From Acidimicrobiia bacterium (GTDB lineage: Bacteria; Actinomycetota; Acidimicrobiia; Spongiisociales; ZC4RG35), in the NCBI GenBank assembly GCA_041748855.1, contig JBGTCK010000038.1, forward strand, positions 78,514-142,513: a stretch of DNA of 64,000 nt, read 5' to 3'. The notes under the pieces are model-generated. The model saw only the letters and a list, made by a program, of their open reading frames with translations, was not told where the DNA came from and ran no database searches. Below, piece after piece: positions 46,753 to 54,391 of this stretch. The position numbers were made by a program, and so were the translations under genes. Position 1 is the stretch's first letter; every line of letters starts with the position of its first letter.

Positions 46753-46952
46753 CCAGGTCAGAGGCTTGCGTATGCTCTCTAAGGGTAGGTAAAGCCGGTT
46801 GCGTAAATGCGCCAGAGATCCTTCATGCTGCGAGATTTTTTAATGTCTCCAACCGGGTTGATCTACTTAGACCCACGGAAGAACGGAGCGCCGAAATCCA
46901 AGGCTCGCCTCGTGCGGAAGTGTTGTTTTCCCAGGACCACTCGTTGGCTGTC

Positions 46953-47432
46953 TTAATTTGAAGCCCTGATGAAGAACATCTGGCCGAGGTCATTTGTCCA
47001 GATCATTCGGTCTCCCTCCGTGACGACACTCACCTCACTCTCAAAAAAGGAGTCGAAGACCTCATCGAAAGCATTGCTGGCTGGGTCGCAACCCTTCAGC
47101 TCATGAAAGACGTCTCTAAATTCGAGCATGGAGTCATCGGTTGTGAAGTGGCCGGAGAAGTTGTTACATCCGGAGTTCCCTGTGACCTCAGAGCCATCGA
47201 ACGAAACAGACGGAAGAGTCTCTGCTTGCGTGGGTTGGCCCGCGCTCAATGCGGGGGAGACTTCGTCGAGATTCCAACTTCCCTGATTAGCGTCAGACGA
47301 GCTGCACCCATTCATCGTAAGGACGAGTATCAGCAAAAGGACGTATCGGCTTTGCGGAAGGAGAAGCCAATATCCTGATCGTTGTCGCGCCATCGGATTC
47401 GAGCCTGTCGTAATCACCAAGATAGGGGACAT
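46953..47432 (-). CDS. META-domain (HslJ-like) lipoprotein
   Basis: Lipobox LTMNGCSS. GNSGCNNFSGHFT...LKGC resembles the META domain. Lower GC than upstream genes. The start is uncertain. Confidence 0.6.
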   Translation of the reverse strand: MSPILVITTGSNPMARQRSGYWLLLPQSRYVLLLILVLTMNGCSSSDANQGSWNLDEVSPALSAGQPTQAETLPSVSFDGSEVTGNSGCNNFSGHFTTDDSMLEFRDVFHELKGCDPASNAFDEVFDSFFESEVSVVTEGDRMIWTNDLGQMFFIRASN

Positions 47433-47577
47433 CAGCCCCGGTCGTCGGAGGCCGTGTTCGCCGCGATGGGCATCCAGGCCACCGGTACCTAGCCCCAGGC
47501 GTAGTCGATCTGTTGGTTCTCAAGGGTTGGGCGACGGTCGCTACCGAATCGTTGATCGGTGCGAGTGTCTCGAAGGC

Positions 47578-48090
47578 TCATCGGTGTGTGCCATCGGTGG
47601 GCGTACGACGGGATCGGTTCACCGCCAGAACGGCGGTCACCGTCAAAGCGGCCGCGAAAAGTCCCGTCAACACCAGTTGAGGCCACGAGGAGACTGACCC
47701 GGTGACTGTGAACGGGTCCCATCTGTAATGCTGGTAGTTCTCGCTCATTTCGTAGAAAGCCACCGCATACGTCCCCGGCGGTACGTCCGGTATCTGGAAG
47801 ACGATGTCGTTCCGGAGCATCCGGCCTTCCGCCTCGACAAGAACGATCGAAGGGAGATCGGGGTGGTGCGGGTAGCCAACGGGGATGCTGCTCTGCGCTG
47901 CGTTCCACACCATCTTCCACGTCGAGAATTCGACTTCCACTCGGGTGCCCGGTTCGCCGAGCTGTGGACTCAGGCAGGGATCTGGCGAACAAAGCTCATG
48001 CGCCCACGCCACTCCGCCGAAGAGGCTGATCCAAAGGAGTAGCAGACAACCGGCTCCCAGATAACGCCACCGTCGCACAATCCAGCTCAT
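47578..48090 (-). CDS. hypothetical secreted protein with C-terminal membrane anchor
   Basis: Signal peptide (MSWIVRRWRYLGAGCLLLLWISLFGGVAWA), a beta-rich body and a C-terminal TM helix. No family recognised. Confidence 0.5.
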   Translation of the reverse strand: MSWIVRRWRYLGAGCLLLLWISLFGGVAWAHELCSPDPCLSPQLGEPGTRVEVEFSTWKMVWNAAQSSIPVGYPHHPDLPSIVLVEAEGRMLRNDIVFQIPDVPPGTYAVAFYEMSENYQHYRWDPFTVTGSVSSWPQLVLTGLFAAALTVTAVLAVNRSRRTPTDGTHR

Positions 48091-48259
48091 TCCTCTTAAC
48101 CGCTCATCCCGGGGAATCCTCTCGCGAAACCCGCCAGCCCTCATCTATCAGTATGACGTTTACGAGCCATGCGGGGAGGAAGGGCTTTCTGCATTTCACA
48201 GCACCTGTCGCCGTCGGATGTAGGGAACCCGTGGCGACGATTCAGAGTTAAATACCAGT

Positions 48260-49690
48260 ATGAATCGGCTGGCCGGTGCCATAGTTTTTTCCCTTGTCCT
48301 CTCCGCCTGCGTTGGGACGGCCTCTCCCACTGATGTCGCGGGTTCCCTGCCAGACAGCTCGACAACTCTGACAACTGACACATCCACATCCACCACCACC
48401 ACAAGCACGACTGCACCAGTGCCGCTCGCTGCGGGACGGGTTGGCCTCTACCAGGTCGATCCCCTCAGTTTGGAAGCGGTAGGGGGTGCTTCTCCGATTA
48501 CCACCGGAGATCGGCTGTATGGGACCACGTCGCAGAACGGGGAGTGGGTAGTGGTTACCGTTTGGATTGACACACCTGAAACCGACATGATCCGGGTGAT
48601 CAACGTGGCCGACCAAGCTGTTGTCTCGGAGACCAAAGTACTCGTGCCGACCGAGGCAGCGATCGCTGACAATGGTGTTGCGTACTGGTTGCATGGGGGC
48701 ATGGCTCCCTTCCTCCGATTACACCGCCTCAGGGTTGGAGAGGAGTCGTCCGAGCTGATCTTCAACGATTTCCCGCTCGGTTTCGAGAGTTGGTCGAGGG
48801 GCACGATTCTCGACAACGATCGAATCGCTTTCTTTGGGATCTTCGGTCCGCAGACCGACGAAGATGCACCCGCACTCGTGATCCTCGACCTGGTCAACTT
48901 GACGACAACGACGTATCCGTTGCCCGAGGTGATGGTGGGCGAGGGCGATCTGGTTGATTTCGGTGAGATCAGTATCTCGGAGTGGTTTCAGCCGGAAGTG
49001 GGATGGGATTCGGCCAGGAACATGGCCTACGTGGTACACGGGGATCGAGACGCTTTCACGGCGGTGGATCTGACAACTGGTGAGTCGAACACGCGTGACT
49101 GGGCACAGCCGACTTCTTGGCTAGGGCGGGTTCTCGCCTGGCTGATGCCTCCGGCACAAGCCAAAGGCCCGAACCTGGGCGCTCGACGAAGTGTTGGCCT
49201 CAGTTCAGACGGAGCGACGTTGTATGTCGGAACCACACGAAGCCACATCGAGACCGAGAGCGACACAGGACTGACCGCCGTCTGGGAACCGCAAGGCATC
49301 GTGGCCATTGATACCGCAACGGGCGACATGCGCCAGCATTGGTCGATCCCCGCCTCCGAAGTTCATCTTGCTCCGGGAGGCGAATACCTCGTGGCGACCG
49401 GGTTGACGGTCCGCGACTCGCTCTCCACCTCCAGCGCCGTCAATGAAGGTGCGTTTATCATCCACCTGCCCACGGGCGAAGTAACGGGACACATCCTCGA
49501 CGGCCACGTCAATGGAAACCAGGTCCAGTTCTCTTTGGCCGATGGAATCGCGTACCGGACCAACTACAGCGGCACGATAGAAGTCGTGGATCTGCGGACG
49601 GCCGAAGTGCTTTCCACTATGACCGGTGGGGAGTTGGCGATCTTCGGCGAAGCCGGACTCCTTGCCACAAGACAAACCAGATATAGGTGA
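48260..49690 (+). CDS. hypothetical lipoprotein (repeat/beta-propeller-like)
   Basis: Lipobox LVLSACVG, a T-rich linker and a 476-aa beta-rich body. No family recognised. Confidence 0.6.
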   Translation: MNRLAGAIVFSLVLSACVGTASPTDVAGSLPDSSTTLTTDTSTSTTTTSTTAPVPLAAGRVGLYQVDPLSLEAVGGASPITTGDRLYGTTSQNGEWVVVTVWIDTPETDMIRVINVADQAVVSETKVLVPTEAAIADNGVAYWLHGGMAPFLRLHRLRVGEESSELIFNDFPLGFESWSRGTILDNDRIAFFGIFGPQTDEDAPALVILDLVNLTTTTYPLPEVMVGEGDLVDFGEISISEWFQPEVGWDSARNMAYVVHGDRDAFTAVDLTTGESNTRDWAQPTSWLGRVLAWLMPPAQAKGPNLGARRSVGLSSDGATLYVGTTRSHIETESDTGLTAVWEPQGIVAIDTATGDMRQHWSIPASEVHLAPGGEYLVATGLTVRDSLSTSSAVNEGAFIIHLPTGEVTGHILDGHVNGNQVQFSLADGIAYRTNYSGTIEVVDLRTAEVLSTMTGGELAIFGEAGLLATRQTRYR

Positions 49691-49750
49691 TGGTCGGGAC
49701 CCAAGGATTCGAAACGCCGAGGGGGCGCTTGAACATCTTCGGCAGCCGGT

Positions 49751-49783
49751 TTCCCCGGCAGGATTCGAACCTGCGACACCGGG
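49751..49783 (-). other. orphan tRNA 3'-end fragment (T-arm plus acceptor 3' strand), att-like
   Basis: 23 nt (49753-49775, ccccggcaggattcgaacctgcg) are identical to 46677-46699 of the tRNA-Arg-like gene. No anticodon arm, D-arm or 5' acceptor strand can be folded upstream of it. Confidence 0.55.
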
Positions 49784-49881
49784 TTTAGGAAACATCGTCT
49801 CAATTCGGGGGGTCTCAACCCACCAAAAACCCAATGGATATAGGGGTTTTCATCACTCTAACTTTGCGGCCAACTTGGTAT

Positions 49882-49922
49882 CAGTTTGAGCCTCGATCTG
49901 CTTCATTTTCTAATCTGCGACC
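49882..49922. repeat. left imperfect direct repeat (putative attL) of the 12-kb island
   Basis: cagtttgagcctcgatctgcttcattttctaatctgcgacc aligns with 62032-62074 (36 identities, 5 mismatches, 2 one-nt gaps by hand). It is preceded by the hairpin ccaacttgg. Confidence 0.6.
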
Positions 49923-50047
49923 TATTGCACCAGTTAGGTATTCCTTGTCGCTTTATCTGGCTTCGTCGGCTGACGCACCTCCTCTGTGTGGCATCGATAA
50001 GAGCGGTGACTCGCACTGGGTAGAGGCTGACCTGCGACACTTGCAAC

Positions 50048-50950
50048 GTGGACATGCATCAGAACCAGCTCGGCGTCACGGTTGGCATGGTGCGGGAACT
50101 CGTCGTAGACCAGTTCCCGCACCTCGCTGCGAAGTCAATTACGGAGTTTGAATCGGAGGGCACTGTGAACTTGATCTTCCGGATCGGCACCGAACTCGTG
50201 GCGCGGTTCCCGCTTCAGCCTGGCCGGGAGGTCGAAGAGACTCGTGAGTGGCTGTTGTCCGAGGCCGAGGCAGCGCGCGTGTTGCTAGCCAACACGTCGT
50301 TTCCTGTGCCGGAGCCGGTGGGGATCGGCGAGCCTGGAGCTGGCTACCCACTGCCTTGGTCGATGCAGACGTGGTTGCCGGGCGTCACGGCAAGCCACGA
50401 AGACCCTGCCGGGTCGGTCGCCTTCGCGGAGAATCTGGCGAGCTTTATCGAGCAAGTCAGGTCGATCGAGACAGGTGGCCGAGTCTTCTCTGGAAGAGGC
50501 CGCGGTGGCGAACTAGCCTCGCATGACGAATGGATGGAGACGTGTTTCGCCGAGAGTGAGCGGTTGCTCGAAGTCTCCAGGCTCCGCCGGGTGTGGGCAC
50601 GGTTCCGAAAGCTGCCGAGGGAGTCCACTGATGTCATGACACACGGAGACCTCGTTCCCGGAAACGTATTGGTAGGCGACGGGCGACTCGTCGGAGTTCT
50701 CGACGTCGGTGGTCTTGGCCCGGCGGACCCAGCCTTGGACCTCGTCGGCGCCTGGCATCTCCTGGACAGAGAACCCCGGCGCCTCCTACGGGTTCGGCTC
50801 GGCTGTGGCGATCTCGAATGGGAACGCGGAAAGGCGTGGGCATTTGAGCAGGCGATGGGCGCGGCCTGGTACTACCAGCACAGCAACGAGGCGATGCACC
50901 GCATGGGCCTTCGCACGCTGGAACGGATCCTCGCCGAGGAGCCAGCGTGA
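50048..50950 (+). CDS. aminoglycoside/choline-kinase-type phosphotransferase (APH family)
   Basis: Brenner motif THGDLVPGNVLV, then GVLDVGGLGPADPALDL. 300 aa. Confidence 0.8.
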   Translation: MDMHQNQLGVTVGMVRELVVDQFPHLAAKSITEFESEGTVNLIFRIGTELVARFPLQPGREVEETREWLLSEAEAARVLLANTSFPVPEPVGIGEPGAGYPLPWSMQTWLPGVTASHEDPAGSVAFAENLASFIEQVRSIETGGRVFSGRGRGGELASHDEWMETCFAESERLLEVSRLRRVWARFRKLPRESTDVMTHGDLVPGNVLVGDGRLVGVLDVGGLGPADPALDLVGAWHLLDREPRRLLRVRLGCGDLEWERGKAWAFEQAMGAAWYYQHSNEAMHRMGLRTLERILAEEPA

Positions 50951-51071
50951 CTCGGGGCATTCCCGCACGCTGGCTGAGGGGGGCACTCAGTCACTAGAAG
51001 CGTCAGTCGTCTTGCTCGATCTCTGCGAGCATTCACGGTCAGGGATGCATGGAGAACTATCTTGCTTACCT

Positions 51072-51842
51072 ATGAGACGCAGAATTCGGGCGGTGGCTCT
51101 GGCTCTGGTCATCCTTACGGCGGGGTGCGAAGCAGACCCAGCAAGTGACACGACCCCAAGTTCGAGTGAAACGACCGCAACCAGGACTCCACTAGTGATC
51201 GAACCGATCACTACCCTTGCTTCCGAACCCTTGCCGATTGATGAGGTTCCGAGCAAGTTCGTCGAGGGTGAATTGGTCGCAGTGTTCGGTTTCTCGCTCG
51301 ACGATCAGGTGACTCTTTGGGATCTTCCAACCGACGACGACTATGCAGCTCCCACTCGAATGTCGGGACTCGTCGATCGCCAAGCCACAGATTTGGTCGC
51401 TTCAGGGATAGCCCAGAGTTGGGACGGTGGGCCTCCATGGGAGCATCTCAGTTCCAGCGAACTTGACTCGTCCGGGAACCCACAATATGGCGGGTACATT
51501 TCTGAAGACAAAGTGGGCTTCTTCGGAAGGACTGAGTTAGTTACCGATGAGGTCGCTGATATGTCCAACGAGCGAGCTGACGATCTCGGCGTTGAGGTAG
51601 CTCAGTTCTTCGCAGAAGTTGAAGGGTTGGAGGTCGTGCAGATCACACGACGCGAGCACCTCGGTCGCGAACTCACATTTGACCTGGTGGGCGGTATCGA
51701 CGAAGCAACGGCAGGTTGGCGAATCCACGTCGTCATGGAAGAGGACGGCGATCTGTTCCGAGTGGTTCAGGTGGAACGCACCTTGTTTTGTTGGTTCGCC
51801 GTCGATGAATCGGGCGCATGTGTGAGTGATCCCCGGTCGTAG
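51072..51842 (+). CDS. hypothetical lipoprotein
   Basis: MRRRIRAVALALVILTAGCEAD is a signal peptide plus lipobox. The upstream part of the tracked ORF overlaps the APH gene and was discarded. Confidence 0.55.
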   Translation: MRRRIRAVALALVILTAGCEADPASDTTPSSSETTATRTPLVIEPITTLASEPLPIDEVPSKFVEGELVAVFGFSLDDQVTLWDLPTDDDYAAPTRMSGLVDRQATDLVASGIAQSWDGGPPWEHLSSSELDSSGNPQYGGYISEDKVGFFGRTELVTDEVADMSNERADDLGVEVAQFFAEVEGLEVVQITRREHLGRELTFDLVGGIDEATAGWRIHVVMEEDGDLFRVVQVERTLFCWFAVDESGACVSDPRS

Positions 51843-51932
51843 ATTGCGTGGGTCGTAACCCCAAGGCACAAAGGACCATTGATCTGTCGGATCCCCCCTG
51901 TAGCCTGGGGATGTCATCTTGGAAGGAGACGA

Positions 51933-52595
51933 GTGGCGATCCCTGGCGAACCCGATCTAGGTGTGGGTGTCTACACCTTCAGCGAAGCTGCCACGATCCT
52001 CGGTAGAGGACCCGACGCGGTTACTTCCCGACAGGTCAACTATTGGATTCGGACTGGCCTCACCCCACCGAGCATGGAGGCGCTCGACCGTGGTGTGCTG
52101 TCCTTCCACGACCTCATCAGTCTCGAAATGGTGCGCCGGTTCAGGGCGCTCGGGGTCAGCCTTCAACGGGTCCGGTGGTTCGAGGAGCGCCTTCGCCACG
52201 AATACTCTGACCGGGTGCGACCGATGGCCTACGAAGTTTTCTTCACCGACGGGGCCACGATCTGGGCAAAGGAAGCGGGTGAGGCCGACAGCAAGTTGTT
52301 GGAGATCGTCGGTCGCCGACAGGACCACTACGTCTGGTCCGACAGCGTCACGACCTTTGCCATTGAGGTCGAGTTTGAGGAACAGTCCGGCGCGGCAACC
52401 TCCTGGACCCCGGCCCCCTGGATTTCGCTCGACCCTGATGTCCAATTCGGAACTCCAGTGGTAGCAGGTAGCCGAGTCCCGGTCAGGACTATCGGAGCCA
52501 ACCTGAAGGTTGGGGACCCCGAGCAGGTGGCCGATTGGTACGGCCTCACCATCAACCAGGTGCTGGGCGTGAGGGACTACCTCGCCGTCACCTAG
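51933..52595 (+). CDS. HTH (MerR-like) plus DUF433 domain protein, putative antitoxin
   Basis: GTG start 6 nt after GGAAGGAG. N-terminal VYTFSEAATILG..VNYWIRTGL is HTH-like. C-terminal DPDVQFGTPVVAGSRVPVRTI..GDPEQVADWYGLTINQVLGVRDYL matches the DUF433 pattern. Confidence 0.7.
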   Translation: MAIPGEPDLGVGVYTFSEAATILGRGPDAVTSRQVNYWIRTGLTPPSMEALDRGVLSFHDLISLEMVRRFRALGVSLQRVRWFEERLRHEYSDRVRPMAYEVFFTDGATIWAKEAGEADSKLLEIVGRRQDHYVWSDSVTTFAIEVEFEEQSGAATSWTPAPWISLDPDVQFGTPVVAGSRVPVRTIGANLKVGDPEQVADWYGLTINQVLGVRDYLAVT

Positions 52596-52626
52596 GTACG
52601 ACCGCCGCTTCTGTCTCGACGCGCAG

Positions 52627-53022
52627 TTGAGCTACAAGGTGGCCATGGCGCTCGACACCGTCGAGCAGCCAGTAACCCACGTCACCCAACTCTGCCCCGA
52701 ATACACCACCTCCACACCGGGTCAGAACCGGGCACCAGACGAACTCATAGCCGAGCGATGTGCGGACGGTCAGATTGTGCTGGTGACCGTGGACTCCGAC
52801 TTCAGGGGCCGGTGGCTACGAACAGGTGTCCTTGCTAATCACGGTGTCGAGGTCATCGTGTTCACTAAAGACCTCGAAGGTCTAGACCAACAACACCAGG
52901 TCGTCACCCGGTGGCTGCCGAACTGGAAGTCGGAACTCGGCAAGAAGCCGTACGGGTACCGAGTGTGGGATCAGCCGGTCAACCGGTCGCTCTACAGGCG
53001 TAAGTCGAAATACCGAATCTGA
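52627..53022 (+). CDS. DUF5615 (PIN-like, Mut7-C-related) protein, putative toxin
   Basis: DELIAERCADGQIVLVTVDSDF matches the DUF5615 core. TTG is the only in-frame start, yet domain-like residues RFCLDAQL lie just upstream of it. Confidence 0.6.
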   Translation: MSYKVAMALDTVEQPVTHVTQLCPEYTTSTPGQNRAPDELIAERCADGQIVLVTVDSDFRGRWLRTGVLANHGVEVIVFTKDLEGLDQQHQVVTRWLPNWKSELGKKPYGYRVWDQPVNRSLYRRKSKYRI

Positions 53023-53621
53023 CGGTCGGGAGAGGAGTGGTGGCAGTTCATTCGGAAGTGGCGTGCGGGACGGTCAGCCACATCGCAGGAGCAGTGGCTC
53101 CTCGCGGGCATGACTGTGGGGGAGTGGTCTGATTTCCCGTTGTGTTCGACGCACTCGCTAGAAGCAATGACTGGCCGCACGGCCTCCGAAGTTCTTGCTA
53201 GTCTCCAACTTCGTCTGAGTGGTGTCACATTCACACGAGACCCGCTTCGACATGAGAACCCCCAGAAGGTCAAGTCCAAACATCTCGTTTAGGAATCGGT
53301 CGGCTGGGGGTTTTCGCTCCTCTAGTCCTCGATACTCGGTGATGTTGAGAGATGCCCCTTGCTGGAGAGACCATCGGCTCAACCCATCTTGGCAGTGGCG
53401 ACGGGGTACTACCCCTTAAGTACTCCCTCCTTTGGAGAATTCTTGCGAGCGAACGGGGCTAAAACACGCCCTTACCGGTAGTCAGAAACTCCACCCGTAT
53501 CACGGTCCCCCAACCGTGTCAGATCGTGGCCCCCGTGTTCCACCCTGATGCTGTCTTACCGCACCTATCTCCTAGCTAAGGAGTGAATAAGGGAGTTACA
53601 CACCTCGGAAGGAGGCACACC

Positions 53622-53948
53622 ATGAATAGACAAATGCCAGATCTGATCGGGCAAGCCGTACGAGCAACCGACGGCCTGCTAGCCAAGAGCGTTCGATCCG
53701 GTCGCGACACTGACCGACTAAGGCTGATATCAATTGCGGAGACTGCAGCGATCTTGAGCTTGAGCCGGTCGAGCGTCAATCGGATTCTAAATTCCGGCCG
53801 TCTCCCGTCGGTGAGGATCTTGGGTAGCCGTCGGATTCGGGTACGCGATATAGAAGTGTTTCTCGATGATCTCGCAAATGCCGAGAAGCCCTCGGATGCC
53901 GTGGACTTCCCGTCCCACTCTCCCAGTCGATCAGCGAGGAGAAAATAA
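53622..53948 (+). CDS. excisionase/MerR-superfamily helix-turn-helix protein (Xis-like)
   Basis: ATG preceded by GGAAGGAGG. LISIAETAAILSLSRSSVNRILNSGRLPSVRILGSRRIRVRDIEVFL is the excisionase-family HTH pattern. Confidence 0.65.
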   Translation: MNRQMPDLIGQAVRATDGLLAKSVRSGRDTDRLRLISIAETAAILSLSRSSVNRILNSGRLPSVRILGSRRIRVRDIEVFLDDLANAEKPSDAVDFPSHSPSRSARRK

Positions 53949-54391
53949 TGCTGAACGTAGCCAGAAAGGTATATCGATTCCTTAGTTCATGGAGGCCCAC
54001 AATCAGAATTCATAGAGTTTTCGGAAATCGTGGTTCGTTGCCAAGAAGATACGGCATGGCACTTTCGACTTCCCTCCTCGTTCCGTTCTGTTCCGTGTGC
54101 AGACATGAGAGGGACCGACATCGAGACGACCGTCGCAAGAGGTGCAAGGCTGAATCATGTTTTTGTACCGGCTGGCAACTGGCGCTCTTTTCTGTGAGAT
54201 GTACATCGTGTGGACACCCGGTCACATTTCATCGACCGGCGGGCAAATGCCGGGCGCTGGGGTGCCGTCGATGTTCGCATCTGAAATTCAATGCGGTGAC
54301 GATCGACGTTATCGCCGATCATCGAGAAGGGAGACAAATGATGAGAATGAGCAAGATGTCGCCGAAAGGCGGGTCGAAGGCTAGAGATTGA
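53948..54391 (+). CDS. Cys/His/Arg-rich hypothetical protein (multi zinc-finger-like)
   Basis: Its start shares 1 nt with the Xis-like stop (TAATG). Motifs CSVCRH..RH, CKAESCFC, CTSCGH..FH and CRALGCRRCSH. About 50 percent GC by eye. The 3' end overlaps the Type ISP gene convergently by 11 nt. Confidence 0.4.
   Translation: MLNVARKVYRFLSSWRPTIRIHRVFGNRGSLPRRYGMALSTSLLVPFCSVCRHERDRHRDDRRKRCKAESCFCTGWQLALFSVRCTSCGHPVTFHRPAGKCRALGCRRCSHLKFNAVTIDVIADHREGRQMMRMSKMSPKGGSKARD

Noticed and set aside
46748-46763. The 16-nt string aaaccccaggtcagag abuts the 5' end of the tRNA-Arg-like gene and recurs exactly at 60902-60917, in the divergent promoter region between the small 94-aa gene and the serine recombinase. 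A variant, accccaggtagagag, lies at about 61165 just before the recombinase start.
   Set aside because: It is tempting as a recombinase site, but about one exact 16-mer match is expected by chance in a 64-kb window counting both strands. The flanks do not align. The recombinase would also lie outside the element defined by these sites, and the 43-bp repeats at 49882/62032 are a far stronger pair. It is worth a computational self-alignment but not reported as a feature.
49751-49832. Possible intact minus-strand tRNA at the second tRNA-like locus.
   Set aside because: Only the T-arm and 3' acceptor strand fold. The sequence upstream (on the minus strand) offers no anticodon stem partner, no D-arm and no 5' strand complementary to CGGGGAA. 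The spacing to the only C-rich candidate is about 10 nt too short.
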